This document shows positions 1 through 8,414 of a stretch of DNA of 41,118 nucleotides, in pieces. Within the stretch, counting starts at the first letter, position 1. Each line of letters starts with the position of its first letter. The stretch spans positions 1-41,118 of the forward strand of contig VGRQ01000003.1 in the NCBI GenBank assembly GCA_016875315.1, given 5' to 3'. Made by a program: the position numbers and the translations under genes. Under the pieces are notes generated by a model. The model was given only the letters and a program-made list of their open reading frames with translations, searched no databases and was not told where the DNA came from. The stretch is from Deltaproteobacteria bacterium. Lineage in GTDB: Bacteria > Myxococcota_A > UBA796 > SXON01.

Positions 1-169
1 AACGACCGCCGCGCCAAACAAGGCGCTCTCGATCACGGTGGCGGCGCCCCGCGGCGCCACCCGAGCCCGCTCTCGGGCCGACAGGGCGAATACGGCGGGC
101 TGAACCCGGCGTGACCGCCAGCGGGGGGGCTGTCACGGGGCCTGCCCTACGTTGTGGGTGGAGGTGCCC

Positions 170-1390
170 ATGCTCGTCTTTGCCTACGGTTCCACTCTCG
201 ACGCGGAGGACTACGCCCGGCGCGGTTTCCGCCTCGAGCACCTGCGCCCGGCCGGCCGCGCCGTGTTGCCCGACTACGCGCTCCGTTTCTGCCGCCACAG
301 CCACTACTGGGGCGGCGGCGTGCTCGGCGTCGTTCGCTCGCCGGGATCGCTGGTGGACGGCTTGCTCTACGAGGTGACCGCGGAGGGCCTGCGCGACCTC
401 GACCGCAAGGAGGGCGGGTACGAGCGTCGCGAGGTGACGGTGATCGACGAGGCCGGCGCGGAACGACAGGCGCACACCTACCAGTGTCGCGACGAGGGCT
501 TCGTGTCGCCGCCGGCGGCCTACCTCGCCGTGGTGCGCCGCGGTCGACAGGCGCACGGCCTCGACCTCGGCGAGCTGGAACGCGCCGCGACCGGGGCGCG
601 CCCGTCGCCGTTGCCGGTGTTCGTGTACGGCACGCTCCTCGCGGGCGAGCGTCGTGGTCACGTGCTCGCCGGCCTCTCCCGGGTGCCGGGCCGCGCCCGG
701 GGCACGCTCGTGGACTGCGGGCCCTACCCGGGGATGATCCAGGGCGAGGGCTGGGTGCAGGGCGAGCTCGTCGACGTGCCGAGTCCGCCTACCTTCACCC
801 GCCTCGACGCCATCGAGGGCTTTCCCGGCTTCGGCCGCGGCGGGGCGCTCTTCCGCCGCGTGCTGGTGGACGTGGAGGCCGAGTGGCCTCGTCCCACTCC
901 CGCCTGGGCCTACCAGCTCGTCGAGCCGGGCAAGGCGCCGCCGATCCCAGGCGGCTCGTGGCGGGCGCGCGGTGTGGTCGACACCGGCAGCGCCATTGCC
1001 GACGCGATCCATCGCATCCGCGCCGACGTGGAAGGGCTCGATGACGCCGTGGTGACGGCCTTCGACAGCGACGGCGACGGCGAGATGACCTGGGGCGGCG
1101 CCGACGTGGCCATCGCGAGCGGCCGACTGGGACCGCCGGCCAACGACGCATGGAATCGCTGGCTGAACCTGCGCGTGGTGGTCACGCCGCACGCCCGGGC
1201 GGCGGCCTGGCTCATCCTCCGGCTGCGCGACGAGGTGTCCCCGCAGGGTGTGCAGGTGGACAAGTACGTGTTCTACGCCGCGATCGCCGAGGCGATCGAC
1301 CGGCACCACCACGAGAAGGGCTGGAGCAGCCAGCGGGGCACGCTGTCGGCGGCGGTCGCGGCGGTGGAGGCGCTGGCCGCGACGGGGTGA
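170..1390 (+). CDS. Tandem gamma-glutamylcyclotransferase (GGCT/AIG2-like) domain protein with unknown C-terminal domain
   Basis: Two GGCT signatures: VFAYGS...GLLYEV...LDRKEG and VFVYGTL...GELVDV...LDAIEG. ATG at 170 follows GGAGG at 160-164 (ORF track starts at 152). Confidence 0.85.
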   Translation: MLVFAYGSTLDAEDYARRGFRLEHLRPAGRAVLPDYALRFCRHSHYWGGGVLGVVRSPGSLVDGLLYEVTAEGLRDLDRKEGGYERREVTVIDEAGAERQAHTYQCRDEGFVSPPAAYLAVVRRGRQAHGLDLGELERAATGARPSPLPVFVYGTLLAGERRGHVLAGLSRVPGRARGTLVDCGPYPGMIQGEGWVQGELVDVPSPPTFTRLDAIEGFPGFGRGGALFRRVLVDVEAEWPRPTPAWAYQLVEPGKAPPIPGGSWRARGVVDTGSAIADAIHRIRADVEGLDDAVVTAFDSDGDGEMTWGGADVAIASGRLGPPANDAWNRWLNLRVVVTPHARAAAWLILRLRDEVSPQGVQVDKYVFYAAIAEAIDRHHHEKGWSSQRGTLSAAVAAVEALAATG

Positions 1391-1446
1391 CGTGCCTCAG
1401 TCGAGGAGCCAGGCCCGGTGCCCCGCTCGATGCGACTTCTCCGGGC

Positions 1447-1671
1447 CCATGCCCCCCGAAAAGCGAGTGTTCACCGACCATGCCCCCCGAAAAGCGAAAG
1501 TTCAGTGGACACCGAGCGAGCGCCGCCGGTACCCGGGGGGCTCCCCAACGAGCGAACGCTGATTTTCCGCCAGGCGTGGCGGTCGACCCGCGGCGCGGCG
1601 GCGCCTCCCGCCGCGCGGATTCGCATCGAGGTGGGCATAGTTCCCGGAGATTCCCATTCTGGGGGGCATAG
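1447..1671. repeat. Short direct/inverted repeat cluster between convergent genes
   Basis: CCATGCCCCCCGAAAAGCGA at 1447-1466 and 1478-1497; related inverted copy TTCTGGGGGGCATAG at 1657-1671. Confidence 0.6.
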
Positions 1672-1677
1672 GGCGCC

Positions 1678-4600
1678 TCAGGGCAGGGTCCAGGCCCCCA
1701 GGTGCAGGGGCGGGGCCTTCCAGCCGGCGGCGCGTACCGCGTCGTGTACGCGCCCTGAGCGATCCGGGGTGACGGGGCCGATCGTCGGCCCGAGGCCGGG
1801 GTCGGCGGCCACGAGGATCGCCTCGGCGTGGCAGCCGGGGAGCCAGCGGGCGCCGAAGCGCGCGCGCACCGACTCGGCCTCGGCGTAGGGGCTGCGGCGA
1901 GCGAGCGGGCCTGCGTCGAGGGTACCGCCGCCGACGAGGAGCACGTCGCCGTCGCGCTGCATGCGGGCCAGGGCCGCTGCCTCGTCGAAGGCGCGGGGAA
2001 AGCTGTCGTCCACCACGATCGTCCCGGGGCGCAAGCTCGGCACGTCGATCGCCGCCCCGCCGCTGGTGGCGCCGATGATCAGCTCGGCCTCGCCGAGGTC
2101 GTCGAGGCGTACCCGCGGGTCGCGCACGTGGAGCGCGCGCGGCTCGCCCCAGAGTGCCCGCGCGAGCGCGAGCGTGGCCGCGCCGATGCTGCCGAGGCCC
2201 AGCACGCCCACGGCGAGATCCTGCCACCGAAGGCCTTGTCGCGACAGGGCCGCCTCGATGGTGAGCACCATCGCCACCACCGTGGCGGCGTGGCCGGTGG
2301 TCGCGACCGGTCCATCGCTCCAGAGCGGCCGGGTGCAGAGCCCGTGCGTGGCAGGCAACATCCCCGCCAGCGCCGCCACCCTCGCGCCCGTTGCCCCGGG
2401 GACCGCGGCCAGGAGCGACCCGGCGGCCTCGAGCCGGTCGGCCGTCACCGGGAGCAGCACCAGCTCCGATCGGCCGAGCGCGCAGTCCACCTGCTCCACC
2501 ACCGCCGGGCGGTCGATCGGCAGCGGCGTGCCCGCCGGTAGGTACATGACCAGCGCGGCGTCGGGTCGCGACAACTGCTCACTCAGGCGTCCGGCGACAC
2601 CGGCCGCGAGCGAGGTGCCATCGAGGTGCGCGCGCACTCCGCTGGCCGTCGGCATCGCGCCCACCATCAGCTCGGTGCCGCTCGAGGCGGTGGCGAAGGC
2701 GTACTCGCCGGCGGCCCAGTCCACCGACACCGGGCCCTCCACGGCTGGCACGCTCGCCGGGTCGAGCCAGCTCAGGAAGTAGCGACCGAGGCGAGCCAGC
2801 TCGCCCGGCGGGGCGGTGGCCGGGGCGTGGGACAGCGCCGTCGCGAGCTGCGCGGCCACGTCGAGGAAGGGGGCCTGGGATCGTACCGGGATGGCCGTGG
2901 CGATCGCGCCGATCGCGGCGGATCGCCGGGAGTCGCGACCGGCGTGGGCGATGCTAACCACGAGGTCGCCGTCGCAGGTGAGGGCGTGGATGGCGGTGAA
3001 CACCGACCGGAGGAGGTAGGGGAACGAAACGGGGGGGAGGTCGACCAGGTCGTGAAACAGCCCCTCGCTCGCCTCGCTGGCGCCCCATCCTGGCGCTTCC
3101 CGGGGCGGGTGGCTCCGGGCCTGCCCCGCCACCGTCGCGCGGGCGGGGGGCTCGCGCCGCAGGTACGCCGCCCACCACGCCTCGTCCGGCTCGGGCTCGG
3201 GCCCCGCCCGCTCCGGCTCCGGCAGGCGCTCCCCGGCGTGCAAGGCCAGCAGTTCCCGGGCGAGCACCCAGCCCGACCAGCCGTCGGCGAGCGCGTGGTG
3301 CGCCACCAGCACGAGGCGGTGATCCTCCTCGGCCACCCGGCAGAGCCGCGCGCGGAACAGGGGGAACCGGCCGAGGTCGAAGCGTGCGCTTCGCGCCTCG
3401 TCGAGCCGGGAACGGACGATGTCGTTGGCCCCGGGGACCTCGACGAGATCGTCGTACTCGAGGTCGACACGGCCATCGACCACGCGCGGCTCGGGCAGGA
3501 ACACCATGCGCAGCGCCGGGTGACGGTCCACCACGGCGCGCAGCGCGTGGCGCAGGCGGTCCGGGTCGAGGGGCCCCCGCAGCGGCAAGACCGCCGACCA
3601 CACCGGGGGATGCGCCGGGTCGAGCTTGTGGCTGAGCACGAAGCCGCGCTGGGCGCGGGTGAGCGGGGGCACCCCGGTCGGCTCGCGGGGAGCGGCCGCC
3701 GCCATCGAGTCGCCGCCGAACAGCCGCGCCGCCTCTCGCAGCGTGCGTGCCCGGTAGAGCGCGGTGGCGGCGGGCGCGCCCAGCCCCGCGTCGCGCGCGG
3801 CGTCGAGCACGTCGAGCAGCGCGATGCTGTCGCCGCCGAGGGCGAAGAAGTCGTCGCCCGGCGCGGGCGGCGCGGGGAGCTTCAGGACGCGTGTCCACAG
3901 CGTCGCGAGCCGGGCCTCCACGTCGCCGGGGGCGGTGTCGCCCCGCGGCTGCTCGGCCGCCACCTTCCCCGCGCTCGTGCGCGCCAGCGCCGCCACGGTG
4001 AAGGTCGACGGCACCATGTACCCCGGTAGTCGCGACAAGAGCCACGCCCGGAGATCCCCCGGGTCGTCGCGGCATTCCACGGTCGCGTGCAAGCGCTCGC
4101 CGTCGAAGCGCACGGCGGCGTGGATCACGGCGGGATGCTGGCACAGCACGCCCTCCACCTCGCCCATCTCCACGCGGTTGCCGTGTACCTTCACCTGGCT
4201 GTCACGACGCCCCACGTAGACGATCTCGCCGCTCGGCAAGCGCCGCCCGAGGTCGCCGGTGCGGTACGCCCCGTCGAAGCGCGCGCCGTCGAGGTAGCCC
4301 TCGGCCACCGCGCCGCGCACCACGATCTCGCCCACGTCGGCGCCGTCGATCTCGATGGTCACCCCGGCGCGGGCGCGACCGATGGGCACCAGCGGCGTGT
4401 CGGGCGGGCGGCGCACCACGAACCAGCTCGCGTTGACCACCGTCTCGGTGCTGCCGTAGGCGTTGACCAGCCGGGGCCCGGCGGGACCGACGAGGCGGAG
4501 CCATCGCGAGGCGTGCGCGCCGGTCATCACCTCGCCGCCCACCACCACCACCCGCAGCGCCCGGGGACGGAGGCCGGTGCGCTCCATCGCGTCCATCACC

Positions 4601-7173
4601 CGCACCCACAGCGAGGGGACGGTGTTCCACACCGTCACGCCCGCCGCGTCGAGGTAGCCGAGCAACGCCTGCGGGTCGCGACGCAGGTGCTCCGGGGCCG
4701 GGAGGCTCGCCGCGCCGCTGGTGAGCGGTCCCCAGCACTGGCGGATGCTGCCGCCGAAGCCGATCGACGCCGTCCACAACAGGCGGTCGCCGGGCCGAGC
4801 GGCCACCATGCCCTGGTTCCAGTCGAGCCAGCGACAAGCCGCCGCGTGGCTCACCTCCACGCCCTTGGGGGCCCCGGTGGAGCCGGACGTGAACATCGTC
4901 CATGCCAGGTTCCCGCCCCCGGCACCCGCGCACGAGAAGCCCGGGAACCGCGCGGGCTCCAGGCTGAGGAGCACGTCGAGCCGCGCCGCGTCGATCACCG
5001 ACTGGATGCGCGCGTCGGGCCACTCCGGGTCGAGCGGCACGTAGGCGGCCCCGGCGCGCATCGCCGCGAGCATCGCCACCAGCGCCTCGGGCGAGGGCCG
5101 GGCGAGCACGCCCACCCGCGCGGGGGAAAAAGCATGGAGCTCGGCGGCAAGCTCCGCCGACCGCCGCGACAACTCGGCGTAGCTCAGCCCCGGGGCCGCC
5201 TCGCGCTCGGGCCATAGCGCGGCGGCCCGGAGCACCCGGTCGTGGACTGTCCCCGGCAACTCGGCCTCGTCGAACAGTCCCGACGCGAAGGCCTCCACCT
5301 CGTCGATGTCCATCGACGAGGGGAGGAAGTTCCACGATAGTTCGAGCATCCCCTCCCGCACCCAGGCCACGAGCCCGAGCCCGGTGAAACCGTTCCCGCC
5401 GGCGGCGCGCAGTCGCGACACGGCGTGCGGGCCGGTGTCGGCGTCGAGCAGGGGAAAGGAGAAACCCGCCGGCGAGATCCCGGTGGGCGCGTCGGCACGC
5501 GACAGCCCGGCGAGCGCGGCGCTGCTCGCGTCGGGAAGGTCGCGCAGGGCGGCGTGGGCGCGGGCGGCCACGGCGTCGAGGGGACCGTCGGCGAACAACC
5601 GCACCGGGAGCGAGTCGGCGAAGGGGCCGAGGGCGCGGGCGATCCCGGGCACCCGGTGGGGGCGTCGCCCGTGCGCCACGCGGATCACGACGTCGTGCTG
5701 CCCGGTGGCCGCGAAGAACCGCCGCGCGTAGGCGCCGAGCACCAGCGCCGGGAGGGTGACCCCGAGCGCGCGGGCGCGGGCCAGGAGCGGGGCGGCGTCG
5801 ACCGAGGTGTGCACGAGGCCGGGCGGCCCCTCCGGATCGCCGCCGCGTCCAAGGGGAAGGACGGGCACGCCATCGGAAAAGCGCTGGGCGTAGTCCTTCA
5901 GTTCCCCCGCTGCCGCGGCGGGGATCGCGCCCCAGTCGGGGCCCTCCGAGGGGGCATCGCCCGCGAGCAGGCGCTCGGCGAGGTTCTTCAGGCTCCAGGC
6001 GTCGAGGACCGAGTGGTGGGCCGCGAGGGCAAGGCGACGGCCGTCGCAGGCCACGCGCAGCAGCGGTCCGCGCTCGAGGTCGAAGGGGGCGCGGCGAAGC
6101 CCGTCGTCGTCGACCGGTCCCCACTCCACGCCGGGGCGCTGCCCCCCGGGGACGAGCCGGTCGCCGAGGATCACGCTGCGGAGCACCTCGTGACGGTCCA
6201 ATGCGAGTGAAAGTCGCGACACCAGCGCCGATTGTTCCACCGGCGGCGACAGGTCCATCGCCATGAACACGCTCCCCGGGATGTCGGGGTAGAAGCGGCG
6301 TTGCACCACGAAGGTGCGCTGGCTGTCCTGCAAGGGCCGCCCCAGCGGCGGGCCCGCGTCGGCGCCCCGGAGCTTGTCAACGAGCTGCCGGAGAGTGGGC
6401 GCCTCGAAGAGCAGGGTGGGCGGCAGTGGTTGCCCGAGCCTTTCCTCCATCTCGCGCACGAGGTCGACCGCCATGAGCGAGTCGATGCCGAGCGAAGGGA
6501 AGGGCGCGTCGGGGTCGGGATCTCTCCCCACGCCCCGGGCGATGACCGCGCGCACCGCGTCGAGGTCGATGCCCACCTCGCGCGCCCCGGGGCGCCAGGC
6601 CGCGAGCAGGTTCGTCTCGTCCATGGCGAGCGACGCGCCGAGCAGGCGCAGGCCCAGCGAGGGCTCGATGGGCCGGAGTCCCCGCTCGGCGAGGGCCTCG
6701 GCGTGGGCCGCCGCCATGCCCACCCCCGACCACGGCGCCCAGGCGATCGAGAGCACGCCGGGCGTGGACCGCGCGAAGTCGTCGAGCCAGCGGTTGGCCG
6801 CCGCGTAGTCCTCGATGCCGCGATCGAGCCCGGGTAGCGCCGCCGACACCGAGCTGAACAGCACCCACCAGGGCGCGCGCGCCGCCGCCCGCAGGCGCAG
6901 GAGCCCATCGCGCTTGCTGCCCCAGGGGTCGCTCGTGCTCCCGGCGAGGTGGAAGACGCCGTCGTAGTCACCGGGGGGCACCGCGTCGTGTCGCGACAGG
7001 GCCACCACCTCGGCCCCCCAGCCCTCGCGCAACAGGCCGGTGACGAGCCGCCCCAGCGCGCCGGTGCCGCCGCTGACGAGGTATCGCCCGCCCGGCCGGA
7101 GTCGCTGCGCGCCGGGCCGAGGGCGCCGCCACGGCGGGCCCGCGTGCAGCCAGGGATCGAGCTCGTCGCTCAT
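1678..7173 (-). CDS. Hybrid PKS/NRPS: KR-ACP-C-A-PCP-C-terminal acyl-ACP-reductase-like domain
   Basis: KR: GGTGALG, FSSVS, YAAAN, SIAW. ACP: LGIDSL. C1: HHSVLD. A: FTSGSTGAPKG, NAYGSTET, YRTGDLG, QVKVHGNRVEMGEVE. PCP: DFFALGGDSI. C2: HHALADG. Terminal Rossmann domain: TTGH, GLGSIG, DDSFP, GCHAEAIL. Confidence 0.9.
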   Translation of the reverse strand: MSDELDPWLHAGPPWRRPRPGAQRLRPGGRYLVSGGTGALGRLVTGLLREGWGAEVVALSRHDAVPPGDYDGVFHLAGSTSDPWGSKRDGLLRLRAAARAPWWVLFSSVSAALPGLDRGIEDYAAANRWLDDFARSTPGVLSIAWAPWSGVGMAAAHAEALAERGLRPIEPSLGLRLLGASLAMDETNLLAAWRPGAREVGIDLDAVRAVIARGVGRDPDPDAPFPSLGIDSLMAVDLVREMEERLGQPLPPTLLFEAPTLRQLVDKLRGADAGPPLGRPLQDSQRTFVVQRRFYPDIPGSVFMAMDLSPPVEQSALVSRLSLALDRHEVLRSVILGDRLVPGGQRPGVEWGPVDDDGLRRAPFDLERGPLLRVACDGRRLALAAHHSVLDAWSLKNLAERLLAGDAPSEGPDWGAIPAAAAGELKDYAQRFSDGVPVLPLGRGGDPEGPPGLVHTSVDAAPLLARARALGVTLPALVLGAYARRFFAATGQHDVVIRVAHGRRPHRVPGIARALGPFADSLPVRLFADGPLDAVAARAHAALRDLPDASSAALAGLSRADAPTGISPAGFSFPLLDADTGPHAVSRLRAAGGNGFTGLGLVAWVREGMLELSWNFLPSSMDIDEVEAFASGLFDEAELPGTVHDRVLRAAALWPEREAAPGLSYAELSRRSAELAAELHAFSPARVGVLARPSPEALVAMLAAMRAGAAYVPLDPEWPDARIQSVIDAARLDVLLSLEPARFPGFSCAGAGGGNLAWTMFTSGSTGAPKGVEVSHAAACRWLDWNQGMVAARPGDRLLWTASIGFGGSIRQCWGPLTSGAASLPAPEHLRRDPQALLGYLDAAGVTVWNTVPSLWVRVMDAMERTGLRPRALRVVVVGGEVMTGAHASRWLRLVGPAGPRLVNAYGSTETVVNASWFVVRRPPDTPLVPIGRARAGVTIEIDGADVGEIVVRGAVAEGYLDGARFDGAYRTGDLGRRLPSGEIVYVGRRDSQVKVHGNRVEMGEVEGVLCQHPAVIHAAVRFDGERLHATVECRDDPGDLRAWLLSRLPGYMVPSTFTVAALARTSAGKVAAEQPRGDTAPGDVEARLATLWTRVLKLPAPPAPGDDFFALGGDSIALLDVLDAARDAGLGAPAATALYRARTLREAARLFGGDSMAAAAPREPTGVPPLTRAQRGFVLSHKLDPAHPPVWSAVLPLRGPLDPDRLRHALRAVVDRHPALRMVFLPEPRVVDGRVDLEYDDLVEVPGANDIVRSRLDEARSARFDLGRFPLFRARLCRVAEEDHRLVLVAHHALADGWSGWVLARELLALHAGERLPEPERAGPEPEPDEAWWAAYLRREPPARATVAGQARSHPPREAPGWGASEASEGLFHDLVDLPPVSFPYLLRSVFTAIHALTCDGDLVVSIAHAGRDSRRSAAIGAIATAIPVRSQAPFLDVAAQLATALSHAPATAPPGELARLGRYFLSWLDPASVPAVEGPVSVDWAAGEYAFATASSGTELMVGAMPTASGVRAHLDGTSLAAGVAGRLSEQLSRPDAALVMYLPAGTPLPIDRPAVVEQVDCALGRSELVLLPVTADRLEAAGSLLAAVPGATGARVAALAGMLPATHGLCTRPLWSDGPVATTGHAATVVAMVLTIEAALSRQGLRWQDLAVGVLGLGSIGAATLALARALWGEPRALHVRDPRVRLDDLGEAELIIGATSGGAAIDVPSLRPGTIVVDDSFPRAFDEAAALARMQRDGDVLLVGGGTLDAGPLARRSPYAEAESVRARFGARWLPGCHAEAILVAADPGLGPTIGPVTPDRSGRVHDAVRAAGWKAPPLHLGAWTLP

Positions 7174-7237
7174 CGGGCGCCCCTATCTGCGTGACGTGCT
7201 TTTACTGGACGCCGCGAGTGCGATAGGCTTCGCCCCC

Positions 7238-7465
7238 ATGGATACTTCGCTCATCGGCTCCATCGTCGGCTGCACCTGCTGCTGCCTCTTCTGGGTGTTC
7301 GTCATCGTGCTGATCGCCGGTGTGATGGCCCTGCGCAAGAAGGGCAAGAAGGTCACCGCCAAGGAAGCGGTGACCGAGGGCGTGGAGCAGGTGAGCCGCG
7401 TGTTCGTGCGCGGCAACAAGACCCGCGAGGAGATGCTCCGCGAGGACGACGAGAACAACCGCTAG
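7238..7465 (+). CDS. Small single-pass membrane protein, Cys-rich (CTCCC)
   Basis: 75 aa; hydrophobic helix followed by RKKGKK; GC-rich third positions; TAGGCT box 8 nt upstream of ATG. Confidence 0.75.
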   Translation: MDTSLIGSIVGCTCCCLFWVFVIVLIAGVMALRKKGKKVTAKEAVTEGVEQVSRVFVRGNKTREEMLREDDENNR

Positions 7466-7480
7466 CGGTTTGTTGAACAT

Positions 7481-7511
7481 CGGTCATTGACCGGGGTTTG
7501 ACCGTCGGTCA
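7481..7511. promoter_or_regulatory. Putative TetR operator (two palindromes)
   Basis: CGGTCA-T-TGACCG (7481-7493) and TGACCG-T-CGGTCA (7499-7511) directly upstream of the tetR-like ATG at 7523. Confidence 0.5.
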
Positions 7512-7522
7512 TACGCCCGGGT

Positions 7523-7875
7523 ATGGCGCGGCTCGATCCTCGCGCCCGCCGCGCGGCGCTCGTTGCCCTCGGCCGCGAGTTGTTCTCGCGGCAGCCCTAC
7601 GACGCGCTGTCTGTCGACGAGATCGCGGCCAGGGCCGGGATTGGCGAGGGCCTGCACTACGACTACCTCCCGCGGAAGAAGGAGTCCTACCTGGCCACGC
7701 TCCGCGACACCGCGGCGGAGCTGGGGGCGAGTTTCCAGGGCGGCAACGCGCCCCTCGGCCTGGATGGATTCCTCGACTTCGTGGCGCATGACCCCGAGAT
7801 GTACCGGGGACTGGTGGCCGACGGCTTGGGGCCGAACCCGAGGTTCGCGCGGTGGTCGACGAGGTGTACCTCGCG
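7523..7875 (+). pseudogene. Degenerate TetR/AcrR family regulator
   Basis: N-terminal HTH (RRAALVALGRELFSRQPYDALSVDEIAARAGI) with an eroded recognition helix (GEGLHYDYLP). The TetR-like sequence is lost after ~110 codons and runs into alkB remnants. End approximate. Confidence 0.7.
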
Positions 7876-7879
7876 GCGG

Positions 7880-8222
7880 CGGGCGGTGGGTGGCCTCGGG
7901 CCTGTCGCCTGGCGAGGCGGTGGGCGCTGCGGCGGGCGTCGATTTTCACGGCGCCATCGCCATCACCGTGGCGCACGAGCTGATGCACCGGACCACAGTG
8001 GTGGAGCGTCGTCTCGCCGTCGTGTTGATGTTGTCGTGTGCCTACCCGCACTTTTCCATCGAGCACGTGCAGGGTCAGCACAAGCGCGTGGGCATGCCAG
8101 CCGACCGCGGGCGCGGCGGCTAGGCCGGCATGGTGGTGCTGGCGTTGTTCCCGCCGCTGTGGTTCGCGGGGATGAACCCGCGCGTGGCGGCGTGGTCGGC
8201 GAGGGCTACGGCGGCGGCATGA
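7880..8222 (+). pseudogene. alkB: Alkane 1-monooxygenase (AlkB) remnant, internally deleted
   Basis: His boxes AHELMH and IEHVQGQH, joined directly to the C-terminal AGMVVLALFPPLWFAGMNPRV segment. No N-terminus; in-frame stop at 8121. Start approximate. Confidence 0.75.
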
Positions 8223-8344
8223 CCCGCACGATCTTGCTCCTCGTGGGCTCCGCGGCGCTCGCCATGCGCGAGGAGCGCACGTGAACCTACGGGGCCGCGG
8301 CGCTGTGCATGGTGGGGGCGGCTTGGCTCATGATTCGGAAGTAG
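8219..8344 (+). pseudogene. Internally deleted copy of the DMT/DUF486 gene at 12264-12596
   Basis: The 5' end (atgacccgcacgatc..tgctcctcg) and the 3' ~80 nt match the intact copy; the middle is missing and the frame is broken. Confidence 0.75.
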
Positions 8345-8414
8345 CGTGACATCGCCGGTCGCGGCGGGGTCCAATCCTGTGCTACAGGTACTCGCGACAA
8401 CGTCGAGGTTCGCA

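Noticed and set aside
7523-8284. Intact 253-aa TetR regulator
   Set aside because: Only the first ~110 codons are TetR-like; the rest is out-of-frame alkB/DMT remnant.
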